Shown: positions 40,621 to 53,782, numbered from the stretch's first letter. The stretch: 64,000 bases of DNA from Camelus dromedarius (GCF_036321535.1 NC_087437.1:37202001-37266000); one strand, 5' to 3'. Notes: generated by a model from the letters alone, not told the origin. Made by a program: numbers and translations.

Positions 40621-41699
40621 CATTAAATCACAAATACAGCTATAATTCCTCTTCTCTCTGTTCATCTCCTCCTTTTCCTTCATCTTCTTCCTATTTCTTC
40701 TCCACAGTCCAGAAACTTGGTGTCTGCACCAACCAGAAAGGTGGCTACCAGCCTAATGCCATGATATTATCCTGAGATGACCAACCAGCTGCTTCCCCCT
40801 CAACTGCATCATGACTTCCCCAGCTGTAACTACTTCAAGGCCACAGCTTACTGGGTATCTGAAGATAAAAAAGGTATAAATTTGGAAACATATTTATTTC
40901 CTAAGATGATAGTTTTGAAATGACTGGAACGCACTTTGAGCAGTGCATACATGGGTGTGTTTGGAGGTGGGGTGGGGAGGTACTGCAGGCTTTCATGCAC
41001 TGGAACTCATCAAAGTTTATATTACCTATATTATCTACAGAATTTACATTATCTATAAAGTATTCCTTTTGAAACCATTTTTAGAAATTACTATATTCTT
41101 TAGTTTTATATCAAATCAAATCTAATGTAAAATTTCCCATCTATACAATAAAAATGTTCAGGACCTCTTTTGAATTGACACTTCACCCTGCCTTAGAGGA
41201 GTACACTTTACAAAGCTTTTGATATTGGACATATATTCTTTTCCTTGTGTTTCAGAAAATAGGGTAGCAGAGCAGAAACCGATGCCCTTCACTTTGATAG
41301 AAATGCACTATATGAATCTCTACTAGACTCCAAAAATTAAAGCAGAAGCTGGGTCAACCTGCTCTCTGTTTTACATCCATGTGGGAGAGTCTACAAACGT
41401 TCATGTGGACAGTAAGTGGGGGTCAAGTGCAGTTGGTACACCCTGCTGCTGGCTAGAGCCCAGCCTAGCAGATGTTCCTTTGTTCAAGGATGAGCAAACA
41501 GGAAAAAAATCAACATGAGGTCTATAAAAATTCTGCACCATAAGGAACAGGAGAGTATTACTCTGAAAAAAGAATTGGAAGAAAAGCTTACTTCTAACAA
41601 CTATTTTCTAAAGCAAACAGAGAAGCAGTCTGTCATGTTCATAGTAAGATATAAGAAACTGTGACCACTGCTTCAATAACAATTGTAACAGGAATCATA

Positions 41700-42750
41700 G
41701 TAATAATAATAACAGTGAACATATGCGCAGTATTTACTACGTGCCAGGCCAGGTGCTTTATATAAATTGTGGTGTTATTTATGCAATTTTTATATAAATA
41801 TATATAAACCTATCATTAGCCTAAAGCTTGATTATTTTTTGCAAACTGAAAGCACTCATGTAGTCAGGGTGCAGACATACTGGACATTGCCAAGCCCCCA
41901 CAAGTGTCCCTTGTCCTCCCTTTCTGTTGCCACCTAACTTCACCTTCGCCCTCACAAAGATAACCATTGCTATCCAACTGTGTAAATTGGCTTTACTTGT
42001 TTTTGTTTGGCTATCATCTTTTTAAAATGTATGTCTAAGTTTTTTTGCCATTTTTTTTTAACTGTTGGGTTATCTATTTTTTGGATATGTATGAATCCTT
42101 TATATATACTGGATATAAGGGTTTTTTTGTTTTGTTTTGTTTGATATGTGTATTGTGGGTATCTTTTCCCACTCGGTGGCTTGCCTTTTTATTTTCTTAC
42201 TGGCTACTTTTGGTAAACCTATTTCTAAATCTCAGTATACCTGATTTAATTTTTTCTTTTTGCTTTTTGATTGCACTGTGTGTATGTCGTGTGCTTAACA
42301 AATGTTTGTCTAGACCAAAGTCATAAAGATGTCCTATGTGTTCTTTTAAAAGCTTTTTTGCTTAACTTTCAACATTTAGACCAATATATTTGAAATCGTT
42401 CTGTGTTTATGGTGTTATACATGCTTTGATCAAGCTATGTTCCACCTGTATGGTTATCCAACTAACCCAGGACATTTGTTGAAAAGATCAAGATTTCTGC
42501 TTATGACTTCATTCTTGCATTTGCAGTTAAGTCAGTCGATAATACACGTAGGAATTTGTTGCTAGGCTCTATTTTATTCCTTTGGTCATTTTGTCTATGC
42601 ATTGTTTTAACTACTTTTCAGAAATTAAGTAACATAATCCTTGCAAAAACACAATAAATAGGTACCGTCAGTAACTTCATATTATAGTTGAAGAAACTGG
42701 GCCACTGAGAGATGTTGTTACTTTACAGAAGTCACATTGCTTAGTCAGGG
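41700..42750 (-). mobile_element. MIR split by an old L1 (L1ME-like, about 41790-42605)
   Basis: MIR tail TATTTACTACGTGCCAGG near 41730 resumes at TAATCCTTGCAA...GAAGAAACTG...AGTCACA near 42635; T-rich antisense L1 ORF2 between. Confidence 0.6.
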
Positions 42751-42825
42751 CAAATCTAATTATATACGCTCAGATGTAAAAAAGAAAAAAAGCTGAGATA
42801 TGAGTTGAAATGGAAAGAGAGTATA

Positions 42826-43035
42826 CAGTTAACCCTGGGACCCTGGGTGGGTTAGGGGTGCCAAACCTGCAGTGGAAAATCCAGGTATAACTTTATAATC
42901 AGCCCTTCATATCCGGATTCTGCATCTGCAGATTCAACCAAATGCTGACCATGTACTATGGTAGTATTTAGTGAAAAAAAATCCACATATAAGTGGACAC
43001 ACCCAGTTCAAACAGTGTTGTTCAAAGGTTAACTG
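42826..43035. mobile_element. Tigger2-family MITE, copy 2
   Basis: TA-CAGTTAACCCT...AAGGTTAACTG-TA; internal sequence colinear with 8894-9092. Confidence 0.88.
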
Positions 43036-44258
43036 TATTTAAGAAATGACTTTCAGGAAACCAAAACTCAATAGCTAATGTAATTTATAGGTATGAGCTG
43101 TGAAGTATGGAATTAGTGGGTCAGAAAACTCAATCTTCTTTCAACTGTTCATGAATCTATATTATTCTTCAATCTTAAGGTATACTTTGCCTCTGTCTTT
43201 CAAAGTCGCAACTTATTCTCAAGTATTATCTCCATGGAGAAATGAGATAGTCCATACAACCACCCTCTAGGCAGAGGTCAAATAAGATAAATACAGAAAG
43301 ACAGCTGTAGTTATTAGCAAGATAAGTTTTATGGATTTAGAATGGAATGTTTCTAATATTTTAAGAGTTGATAAGAAGCAAGAACATTTGGGCATTTAAA
43401 AATATCTGGCTTTTAACAGCATGAAGGAGACTGCAGCGCTTAGATGGAGAGGCAGAATTGAAAAAAGGGTACATTCTTTTATTATTTTGGTTTGCTTTGT
43501 TCCTAAATACTTGGAGAGGAAAGGCTCTAATGCAGAAGAAGATGAAACTATAGGGGATAAGGACGTCTGCAAATTCTATTTGGCTACTTTATGTGCTTGT
43601 GCCATCTGGGCAATATAGAAACAAACTAAGCCATAGGTCACTTAAATTTTCTACATTTAAAAGAGACAAACTTTAATGAGAAAAAGAAAACAGACATTAC
43701 TTTCTGAATTATTTAGAAATATCGCAGGAGATGAAAACTGCTTAGTAGTTTCCACTATGTAGATAATGTATCATGATCAATAAATAAATGCTAACCTTAC
43801 CTTAAGAGCAAATATAGGAATGCATTATTAAAGAGGAATAAAATTGGTTGGCTTCATTATTCCTGCAAATTTAATGGTATGTGTATGGCTTAGAAGCCAT
43901 GCTTAAATTTTAATATAGCCCTTTCTAATTGGGCCAAAGATGAATCAAAAAGAAATTTTATATGTAGTTGCTCTTTAGAGACTTTATCAGTTTTAATCAG
44001 GGAAGTTTCTCTTTTTTTGCATACTGAAAACTCTAGTCATGCTTTGGATCTGCAAAGAATTTGGGCTTTCTGAAGCTTCCCTATAGAGAGAACAATCCTT
44101 TTAGGGAACAGATATTTAAATCCAGCTTACCCAAATCGTAGGAAGAAGACACCATTCACCTTTACTATTTATTTTGAAATGATTAATTTTAATTTTGAAA
44201 TATTATGTGGATAAGAACATAATAGATACTTAAGTATTCACTATTAAGAATAACTAAG

Positions 44259-44390
44259 AGGGAAGGGTATAGCTCAGTGGTAGAGTGCATTCTTGGCATG
44301 CACAAAGCCCTGGGTTCAAACCCCAGTACTTCTATTTAGATAAACAGAAAAATAAACAAACATCCCCACTAAAAGAATTTTAAAAAATAA
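44259..44390 (+). mobile_element. tRNA-derived SINE, camelid Vic-1-like
   Basis: GGGAAGGGTATAGCTCAGTGGTAGAGTGCATTCTTGGCATGCACAAAGCCCTGGGTTCAAACCCCAGTAC: Pol III A box at 44270-44280 and B box at about 44314-44322, then an A-rich tail. Confidence 0.8.
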
Positions 44391-44429
44391 GCCAACTAAA
44401 CATTGACTTAGCTCTCTGCTTTATTTATT

Positions 44430-45480
44430 CCCTGTATCTTTTCCCTCTCTTGCAGAAATATCTGCTCTCTCCTGAAGTTTGATGTTTGTATTATTCCCAC
44501 ATATTAAAAAAATGTGGCTCATAATTATGAATTAATATAACAATGTATTGTTTTAGATTTTATTTGAATGGTTGCATATCATATACAAACTTTTGCAAAT
44601 TGTTTTTTCTTCCTATGTTTTGTATTTTTACCTTTATTCATGTGAATATATGCAGATTTAGTTATCTATAGAAAAGTTCCATTATTTGGATAAAATATAG
44701 CAATTGCCTTATGAATCTGTTTCCACTTTTTCACCATTATAAATACTAAATAGTGACCCACCTTGGCCATATAACTTTTTTACTTATGTGCTGGAGTATC
44801 TCTAGGATAGAAACTTAAACAGAAAATTGATTCCCAATGTGGTTGTAAACACTTATATTTCTAACAGTAATACATAAACTGCTCTGTTTGCCCCATACCC
44901 TTAGAAAAACTCGGGGCTATCAGATGTTACTGTTTGCTAATATGACAGTTTAGAAATGCCAGAATAAAAAGTAATGGTTAGTTTACAGTTCTCTGATTAC
45001 TAACGTAATGATGCATCTTTTCACAGCTTTATGGGCCCCTTGTTTTTATTTTTCTGTCAATTTCATGTTGATAGGCTTTCCCATTTTTATCTTTTGAATT
45101 GTTTGATTTGTCCTTGTTGGTTGTTGTTATTTTAAGAATTAGAACAGTAGCGTTATTACATTTTATAGATAACAATATTTCTCTGGCTTTTGAAGTGAAA
45201 ATATCTCTTCCCAGTTTATAGCATGTTTTAAAATTTACTTAACATATCTTTTGTACTAAAATTTTTGTACTTTGATGTAACAGAATTTATAATTTTTTTC
45301 TGGGTATTTTTACTTTGTGTTTCATTTTAAAATCTTTTATTATACCAATACCATAGTAATTCTCGTAACTGTCTAATAATTTTACACCTTTGATTTTTTT
45401 TTTTTACCATTTTAAGTGTTTTAGCATGTATAGGTAACATAGTTTAGCATGTATAGCATAGCTAGGAATCTCTGCTCCCT
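44430..45480 (-). mobile_element. Old L1 3' fragment (L1ME-like)
   Basis: T-rich antisense L1 motifs CCCAATGTGGTTGTA, TCTCTGATTACTAA, GCATCTTTTCAC, ATATCTCTTCCCAGT. Confidence 0.65.
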
Positions 45481-46798
45481 ATTTGGTAAGTAATTGTCCC
45501 AGTTCCATTATACCCTATCGATCATGGCACACATCTCCTTTCTCTTTCTCTGTTTTATTCCCCATAAAAAAATCGCACAAGAATATTTGAGTATCTACTA
45601 TATACATGCCATGTGGTATGAGGGAGAAATAAATATGAACAATACACGGCTGAAGGTCTGTATTTATAAAACTCTCTGGGGCTGGTGATGATTTGGATGA
45701 GATGGTAGAAGTAGATTTTCAGTTTCTGTTCTAAACTTTTTAATTGCTATTTGAATTTTCCCATATCACTAAAAAGACCTCTAAACAGAGCTTAAAACAA
45801 CCACAGAGTCTTTCCACATAAATAATACTTTCCTAAATGAATTTTACAAAGCTAATTTTCAAGTAATCAATTGGACTGTAAGATTTGCAACTCTTAAACC
45901 ATGTCCAATATATCTGGAAATTCTTCACCTTTATTTCCTTGAGGATCATTAATCTCTAGTCATGGCCCCCTTCTCAACATACTTTTCCATTGTTGGTGGG
46001 TAATTGTATCTGATTATCATAAGTTCCATCTAGCTGTTTAATTAAACACTGTTTCCCCTAAATAACAAGCCATTTCTCTGCCATCTTACTTTTTGTTTGA
46101 AATAGGTTTCACCATTTACCTTTTCAATCAGTTTCAAAATTTTGAGAAAAAAAAAAAACTTAGCTACCCGCTTCTTCTTTCTCTAAATCCATGGTTACTG
46201 TATTTTGTTGAGTCTACTACAATATGTCTTGCATATATTGCTTTCTTTCCATGGCTTTCTGGGTCTTGCTGTAATAGTCTTCAAACTATATCTTCCCTAG
46301 GTGGTCTTATCCTCCTCTAATAATGTTTCCTATTAAAATTGCCAATATTCTTAAAACGTTTACTAATTATTAACATATAATGCTTAAAAATGTTTCCCAA
46401 CTATCTAGAGGATGAACTCAAACTTTGTAGTAAGTTATTAAATAACCTTTAAAACCTGGTCATTATTTAACTTTTCCACCAAATCTATTATTCCAGTACA
46501 AAAGTTTTCTGCTTCAGGTAAGCCTGATTATTCTCACTACCTTTTATTTGGACATGAACCTATTCATGCTGTTCTATTTACCAGTTTCTCCAAATATACT
46601 CTGCTAAAATTATTTCAAAAGCTCTTTAAATGCCACTTGTTTCATATTATTTTACCTGACTCTCAGGGTAAATTGATCACCTACTTTTGTATTTATGACA
46701 CTTGCTTCTTATACAAGATGTGCATCCTCTTTCTAATGTTTTATTTGTTTTCTTTATTTTTTAAAAGTGCTGCATAACTTGTAAGTACTTAAATGTGT

Positions 46799-47138
46799 TG
46801 ATATGGTCTGAATGTTTGTGTTCCTACCAAATTTATATGTTGTAACATCACCCTGGGGGTGATGGTGTTAGATGTAGGACCTTTGAGAGGTGATTAGGTC
46901 ATTAGGGTATACCCTTCACGAATAGGATTAGTGCCCTTATAAAAGTGGCCTAAGAAAGCATCCTAGCATTCAACTAGAGCATTCAACTAGAAGTCTGACC
47001 TGGAGTGCCCTTACCCCACCAGCTGGCACTCTCATCTCAGACTTCCAGCTTACAGAATTGTAAGAAATAAATTTCTGTTGTTAATAAGCTACCCAGTCTG
47101 TGGTACTTTATTATAGCAGCCCAAAGAGACAAAGGCAT
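46799..47138 (+). mobile_element. MaLR solo LTR (MLT1A0/MST-like)
   Basis: TGATATGGTCTGAATGTTTGTG...GGATTAGTGCCCTTATAAAAG...AGAAATAAATTTCTGTTG...CCAGTCTGTGGTA...GCA. Confidence 0.88.
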
Positions 47139-47239
47139 ATCCAGTGAGATGAGTTTATAAAACAAATCGAGTAATAATACTAAAAAAACACATGTAGAAC
47201 AAGTAGTTATACCTCCCAAATATACAGTACATTTTTGAC

Positions 47240-47860
47240 TATTTTAAAATCAACAAAATAACTCACCCTGTTAATAAAATAAAGGCTAAAAATCATGTAA
47301 ACACCTCAATAGTTACAGAAAAGGCATTTGGCAAAATTCAACACTGTATTAAGATAAAACTTTCAAAAAGAGGAAGAGGAAAAAATTCTGCAGTTTAGTA
47401 AAGGGCATCTACTAAAATGAGATAACATCATACACAGTAATGAACATCTAAATGTTTTTCTTTAGAATCTGAAATAAGGCAAGGATTTCTGCTTTCATCA
47501 TAGTAGTAAGCATCTTACTGACTTCCCAGGCAGTAAGAAAAGAGAAGAAAAATAAATATAAGAATTAATAATTGGAAAGTAAAAGTGCATTTATTCATAG
47601 AAAACATTTTTGTGCATTTAGAATATATTGAGTAATTTACCAAAAAAAAAACCTAGAATGAACAAGTGAATTTTGCAATATCACAGCTAAAAATTAATAT
47701 ACAAAATGTACTGTATTTCTAGTATTATCAATGAACAAATGGAAAATGATTTAAAAAAAAGAAAAAAATGATTGTTCACAGGAGCACCAAAATATTAAAC
47801 ACTTAGGATTAAAGGTAAGATTAACAGGTAGGATTAAAGGTATCTGCAACATCTCTATAT
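47240..47860 (+). mobile_element. Decayed L1 ORF2 (RT region) fragment
   Basis: CAGAAAAGGCATTTGGCAAAATTCAACAC, AAAGGGCATCTAC, AATAAGGCAAGGAT, AATATACAAAA. Confidence 0.75.
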
Positions 47861-48899
47861 AGAATCATTCAATTTATACATTTTTTAAAAGGGCGAAATA
47901 AATCTCTGCGTATGTTTTCTTTTTGTTGAAATGCCGATGTTTAGGAACTTTGTCAAAATATTTTTACAATATTTTAAATTTATTTTTAAACTAAATCCTG
48001 TCAAGGAATCTAGGTCTTTGCTAGGTCAGTCTAGAATAGGTCTATTTCTAAACTCACTATATCTAAACCTGTCTCTACCTCTACCTCTTTCTGTATCTCA
48101 CTCCACCATATATATAAATATAATCTAATTTTATCTGCAAAAAAAATGACTAAATTAAACAATCCTAAAATATATTTGCTCTGTTGTAATTATCAGTGTC
48201 ATGAAATATCTATTTTAAATAGCTAGAGTTTCTCCAAGTAATTAAACAGCATGATATTATTTATCGTCAGTGTGGACTCAACCATTAAAAAGTACAATTC
48301 CAAACTCACATTCTAATGGAATTAGTTTTTATGTTTCTCATTTCTATTATATTTAAATTACATTCAAAAGAGTAATCAACAGACCATTAAAAACTGCGTG
48401 TTGATTATAGTAGTCTATTTTAAGTCCTTGGTGTATAGTCTGATTGTTTTGCAACTGTGTGATTAATTAACACGCAAGGCATGTTTTGTAATTTCTGTAA
48501 TATATGTAAGTGTTTCAGAAATTGAGACAAAATCAAATATTTTGCCTCAAATGATTGCTTAATATCTTTTTTTGGCTTCAATAGTGAGTTCAATGGTCAA
48601 AGACAATACAGATAAATCTTTACAGATAATTGATATTCTTAACGACTTTGATAACTTTCCTCTGAAACTGCATTTGGCTTGTTTATATACCTGTTGTTCT
48701 AACAGTTTTAAAGGCAAAAGCATCTGCTCTCCATTATGGTCTCAACACTCCTGCTCATGTTCTGGATTTTATCATTACCAGCAGTAGCTGTATATCTTCC
48801 AAAGTCATTAATTAAATCCCCCCTTTCCAACCATACTTTCTGATTCTGACTCTCACTTATGCCAAGACTTCCATAATCAAGACTCCACTTTTAAAACCA

Positions 48900-49650
48900 C
48901 CCTGGACCACATGGCAGTGGGGTAGGGAGAAATACAGAGCCCACTGCGGATGGTGGAGCCTGAGTGGAATGAGGAGAGTATAGGCAGAGGGGAGCCCCGC
49001 CAGCACAGCCCTCGCGGGGTGAGGAGGGCAGTCCTCAAGGAGGCAGCTTTGGACATGGTAATGAAGCCTAGGCAGGGTGAGGAGAGTATACATGAGGGGT
49101 GGTGGTATTTAGGGTGACCAGAAGCAGGGTGACCCAAAGAGGCTCAGTGGGACAAGGACAGCATGCATACAGGGTGTGAGCGGGATCTGATATGAGTACT
49201 GGAGTCAAGCAATATAACACCTCAGTATTCATTCTAGTCTTCTCTGTTTTCATATTTGTCTCTCCCTTCACTGGCAGTAATAGACTTGGTTCTCAGTTCC
49301 TCAAAATACGTACTTTTCATAAATGTCTTGTATGAAATCAATGTCTGCAGTGAGCAGAGTGGAGAAGGGGATTTATATTAAGAAAACAGAGGAAACTTAA
49401 ATGACTATTGAGTTGTTTATGTTGCAGATACTGCCACCAACTCATAGTTTCATAGTAAAGAGATTATATAGAATTATATTTTGGCAGAGCCTGAAAAACT
49501 GACTTAGCAGGCCTATGTATTTATGTACAGGAACAGAGAGTGTACACAAAATTTACAGTGAGTCAGAGCAGGATGTCAGACCCCAGTGGGGTGAGGAGAG
49601 CATGTATAAAGGGTGTGGAGACGCCTAGTGGGGTGCTAGAACTAAGCAGA
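48900..49650 (+). mobile_element. G-rich degenerate repeat, probably L1MC/L1MD 3'UTR
   Basis: Recurrent (G)GGGTGAGGAG(G/A)G motif near 49016, 49075 and 49588, with a variant near 48968; an L1MC/MD-type 3'UTR piece also lies at 49950-50046. Confidence 0.45.
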
Positions 49651-49691
49651 CCTTTTATTATAATATTAAGCAATCTTACCAAGTGCAAAAT

Positions 49692-49945
49692 TAATTGTAA
49701 TAGCTTTATTAAGACATGATTCATAAACTGTATACTTAACCATTTTGAAGTGTATAATTCAGTGGGACTACAGTATGTTCACAGAGTTCTGCAAACATCA
49801 TAACTATCTAATTATAGAATATTTTCATCACTCCCAAAGAAACCCCCCATCCATTAGCATTCACTCCCATTCTTGCTCCCTCTTGGCCACCAGTCTTAGG
49901 CTACCAGTAGTCTATTTTGAGTCTCTTTGTATTTGCCTACTGTCC
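49692..49945 (-). mobile_element. L1 3' end (L1MB-like)
   Basis: AGCTTTATTAAGAC...TTTGAAGTGTATAATTCAGTGG...TTCACAGAGTT...ATTTTCATCACTCCCAAAGAAACCCC. Confidence 0.8.
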
Positions 49946-50046
49946 ACATGTCAAAGCATTCAGAAGCCTGCTTGGAGGGGCTCCCACATTTTGGACAATT
50001 TAAGTATCAAAATAAATAGTGGTAGTAATGGGTTGTAAACCATTGA

Positions 50047-50890
50047 CAGGGCTAATTATACATACTGCAGTGCCCAGAATAAAATGAAAATTCAAGGCTC
50101 CTTGTTCCCAGCACAGATGAAAAGCACTGTTAAATGTGCTAAAATATAAAACTCTCCCCCATAAAAATACTTTTATTACTTATAAATATAATTGGAGTAA
50201 TACTGCTATTTTGTAATACTGTAACAACATAAACTTAAAAATTGCAAGAAAATCTTATTTTGGTACTACAATTTCATTTAATAAAATTAATAATAATATA
50301 GTTGACCCTTGAACAAACATGGATTTGAACTGTGCAGGCCCACTTCTATGTGGGTATTTTTTCAATAGTATATACTATAGTACTACATTATCTGTAGTTG
50401 CTTGAATCCACAGATGTAGAAACATGGATACGGAGGGACAACTTTAAATTATATGCAGATTTTCAACTGCATGGAGGTTCAGGGCTCCTAATTCCCATGT
50501 CATTCAAGGGTCAACTGTATTTTACTAAGGTTATTTCTTAATAGATTTTTCTGACTCACTTCTCTGCAAGTTCATTTATTAATTCATCAAAATGTGTATT
50601 TTTAGTGACTTCATTTTCAATCTATATTATTGAAAGCAGCATCACTCACTCTTGGCTAATACATTATTGCAAATAATTTGGCTAATTTTTCATTTTGAAA
50701 AAGATCTTTCTGCTGGTGTAACTTTTTAGTCTGTTAAGAGTATCGTATAGGCTGTGACACTAAGGAAATTTTCTGATACACTATTTAGAAATATAAGTTT
50801 AATACAACTAGATTTAATAATTCTCAAGGAATATTTTTTCTAAAATATTTAACTCTTCATAGAGATCAGCTTTGTGTAAGTCTAAATTTC
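50047..50890 (-). mobile_element. hAT-Tip100 (ORSL-like) DNA transposon end with transposase C-terminal dimerisation-domain remnant
   Basis: Terminus CAGGGCTAATTATA...GCCCAG...AAAATGAAAAT...CCTTGTTC; hand translation of the - strand gives AYTILLT..VTPAERSFSK and IENEVTKNTHFDELINELAEK with stops and frameshifts. Confidence 0.75.
50299..50517. mobile_element. Tigger2-family MITE, copy 3 (opposite orientation, nested in the hAT element)
   Basis: TA-TAGTTGACCCTTGAA...TTCAAGGGTCAACTG-TA. Confidence 0.9.
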
Positions 50891-50891
50891 A

Positions 50892-51692
50892 TTTTTTAAA
50901 ATATTTTTATTGAAATATAGTCAGTTTACAATGTTGTGACAATTTCTGGTGTACAGCAAAATACTTCAGTCATATAGGAACATACATATATTCATTTTCA
51001 TATTCTTTTTAACCATAAGTTACTACAGGATATTGAATATAGTTCCTTATGCTATACAATAGAAACTTGTTGTTTATCTATTTTATATATAGTAGTTAGT
51101 ATCTGCAAATCTCGAACTCCCAATTTATCCCTTCCTACCTCCTTCCCCTCCCCAGTAACTGTAAGTTTGTTTTCTATGTCTGTAAGTTTGTTTCTGTGTT
51201 GTAAATAAATGTCTTTTTTTTTTTAGATTCCACATATAAGTGATAACATATGGTATTTTTCTTTCTCTTTCTGACTTACTTCACTTAGAATGACAATCTC
51301 CAGGTCCATCCATGTTGCTGCAAATGGCATTATTTCATTATTTTTTATGGCTGAGGAGTATTTCATTGTATAAATATACCACAACTTCTTCATCCAGTCA
51401 TCTGTCAATGGACATTTAGATTGTTTCCATGTCTTGACTACTGTAAATAGTGCTGCTATGAACACTGGGGTGCAGGTATCTTTTTGAATTAAGGTTCCCT
51501 CTGGATATATGGCCAGGAGTGGGATTGCTGGATCATATGGTAAGTCTATTTTTAGTTTTTTGAGGAATCTCCATACTGTTTTCCATAGTGGCTGCACCAA
51601 ACTACATTCCCAATAACAGTGTAAGAAGGTTCCCTTTTCTCCACACCCTCTCCAGCATTATTGTTTGTGGACTTTTGAATGATGGCCATTCT
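50892..51692 (-). mobile_element. Relatively young 5'-truncated L1 with open ORF2 C-terminus
   Basis: ORF 51223-51600 [29 protein letters not shown]...CTPVFIAALFT..KTWKQ.KCP is the L1 ORF2p C-terminus; 3'UTR and A-tail follow. Confidence 0.96.
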
Positions 51693-52494
51693 GCTAAATG
51701 TTTGTTGTTTTAAGCCAAGGTTCTTATCATTTGTTATGCTGCCATATAAATGAATAGTTTCTTATAACTTTCTATCAGAACAGATAGTGAATAAGTTTCG
51801 TGGAAGTTAAGATAGATGACAGTTTCTTTCTGGAAAACACATTTTTGCTGTAGTTAACATAGCCTGAACTGAACCATTTATCAAATTGAGTGCGGTCTTA
51901 TGTACATTTCATTAACTATATTGTCACAATATAAACAAATTTTTTTTCCTCTAAAGGCAATAAGCATGATCCCACTTGAGTCAGAGAAAATTCTTTACTT
52001 TCACTGTGTTAATTAATGCTCTTTATCCCTACACTTCAGTTCCCAACTATATTTCAAATCTATTTTTTGATTCCTCATAAAAAGTAAAAGGATATCCAGA
52101 TGTAACAGAAATAATCAAATTTATGTATGGTGAAGGCAAGAAAACTAGGAAAAAATAAAAAGATCATTCAAATAAAGTCTTTCTAGGAATCTTGCTTTCT
52201 TTTTACAATCCAATGATATTTCTAACCTCTTATTCAGCTGATTTATGATGCCTGACTTTGTGACTTCCCTTGTAGGATATTCTCATGTCAATGACTCTTC
52301 TAAAGAGATAGTTTTCTTCTATAATGGTGTAACTTTAACTTTTATGTTTAGTCTTTTGGCATATATAATTTTAATTAGTTCTAGACAGGAACATCTTGTT
52401 GTCATCCAATGCGAACTGGGGAGAGAAGAGGGAAAATTTTCCTTCCATTGTTTTAAAGTCAATATTCACTTACATTCATAACTTCTAACAAAAA

Positions 52495-53440
52495 CTATCT
52501 TTCAGTGTGGCTGTACCATTTCGCATTCCCACCAGAAATAAATGAGAGCTCTTATTGCTCTATACCCTCTCCAGCATTTGGTGTTGTCACTGTTCCTAAT
52601 TTTGGCCATTCTAAAAAGTATACAGTGGTATCTCTTTGTTGTTTTAATTTGCACTTCCCTGGTGACATATGATGTGGAGCATCTTTTCAAGTGCTTATTT
52701 GCCATTTCTGTGTCTTCCTTGGTGAGATGTCTTTTTTAGGTCATTGGCTTATTTTTTAATTGGATTGCTTGTGTTCTTCTTATTGAGGTTTAAGAGTTTT
52801 TTGTATATTTTGGATAACAGCTCTTTATCTTCTGTGTTTTTTGCAAATTTTTTCCCCCAGTCTGTGGCTTGTCTTCTAATTCTCTTGACAGTATCTTTTG
52901 CAAATCAGAAATTTTTAATTTCAATGAAGTTCAGTTTATCAATTATTTCTTTCATGGATTGTGATTTGGTGTTATATCTAAAAAGTCACTACCAAATACT
53001 AGGATATCTAGGTTTTCTGGAAAAGGCAAAACTAGGAAGACAATAATATCAGTGGTTGCTGATTAGAGGGGTTAGAGGTTGGAGGGGGTGGTTAGAGGAA
53101 AGGGTCAAATGAATAGGCTGAGAACAGAGGATCTGTAGTGTAGTGTAACTATTCTGTATGATATTATAATGGTGTATACATATCATTTTATGTTTGTCCA
53201 AACCAATAGCATGTACAATACTAAGAGTAAAATCAAGTTTAGGCTATGGACTCTGGGTGTTAATGATGTCAATGTAGATACAGCAGTTGTACTAAATGTA
53301 CCACTCTGGTGGAGGATGTTGGTAATGAAGAGGCTATGCATGTGTGACAGCAGGGAGTATAAGGAAATCTCTTACCTTCTGCTCAGTTTTGCTATGGACC
53401 CTGAAACTGCTCTGAAAAAAAATAGCCTATTAAAAATTAT
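52495..53440 (+). mobile_element. L1MC1-like element with 5' inversion
   Basis: 52495-53012 is ORF2 on the - strand (MANKHLKRCSTS...REVQIKTTKRYH); 53013-53440 is 3'UTR on the + strand (TTCTGGAAAAGGCAAAACTA...AAATGTACCACTCTGGTG...AAACTGCTCT, A-rich end). Confidence 0.88.
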
Positions 53441-53782
53441 AAAATTATTTGTCACTAAAAACTTTGTACTTTAAACATACATGATATATTATTACCAAAA
53501 TAATTTCTGATATATATAGTAAATCTTATTTTGCCATTAACTTGTATTTTCTATTATATTTGAACATGTTTTTTCAAGCATATTCTTCCTCTGATTTTTT
53601 GAGACAGTTGCCATATAACCTAGTTCTTATTATAATACTATGTAACAAGATCAGTTTTTACTAATTTTCCACAGTAATTAAATTGCTTTATTTTTTGTAT
53701 CTTAATCTCTTTCTAATGTAGATTTTGAATAAAAATTCTTAGTTTTAATATCAAATTCAGTCTCTCTACATTTCTTAAAAGA

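Noticed and set aside
44259..44335. tRNA gene
   Set aside because: Imperfect stems and an A-rich tail instead of a T-run terminator indicate a SINE
48850..49280. Overlapping - strand ORFs in a GC-rich block as coding exons
   Set aside because: No recognisable protein; the recurring GGGTGAGGAG motif is better explained as old L1 3'UTR
51223..51600. 125-aa ORF as a host gene
   Set aside because: It is the L1 ORF2p C-terminus of a 5'-truncated element
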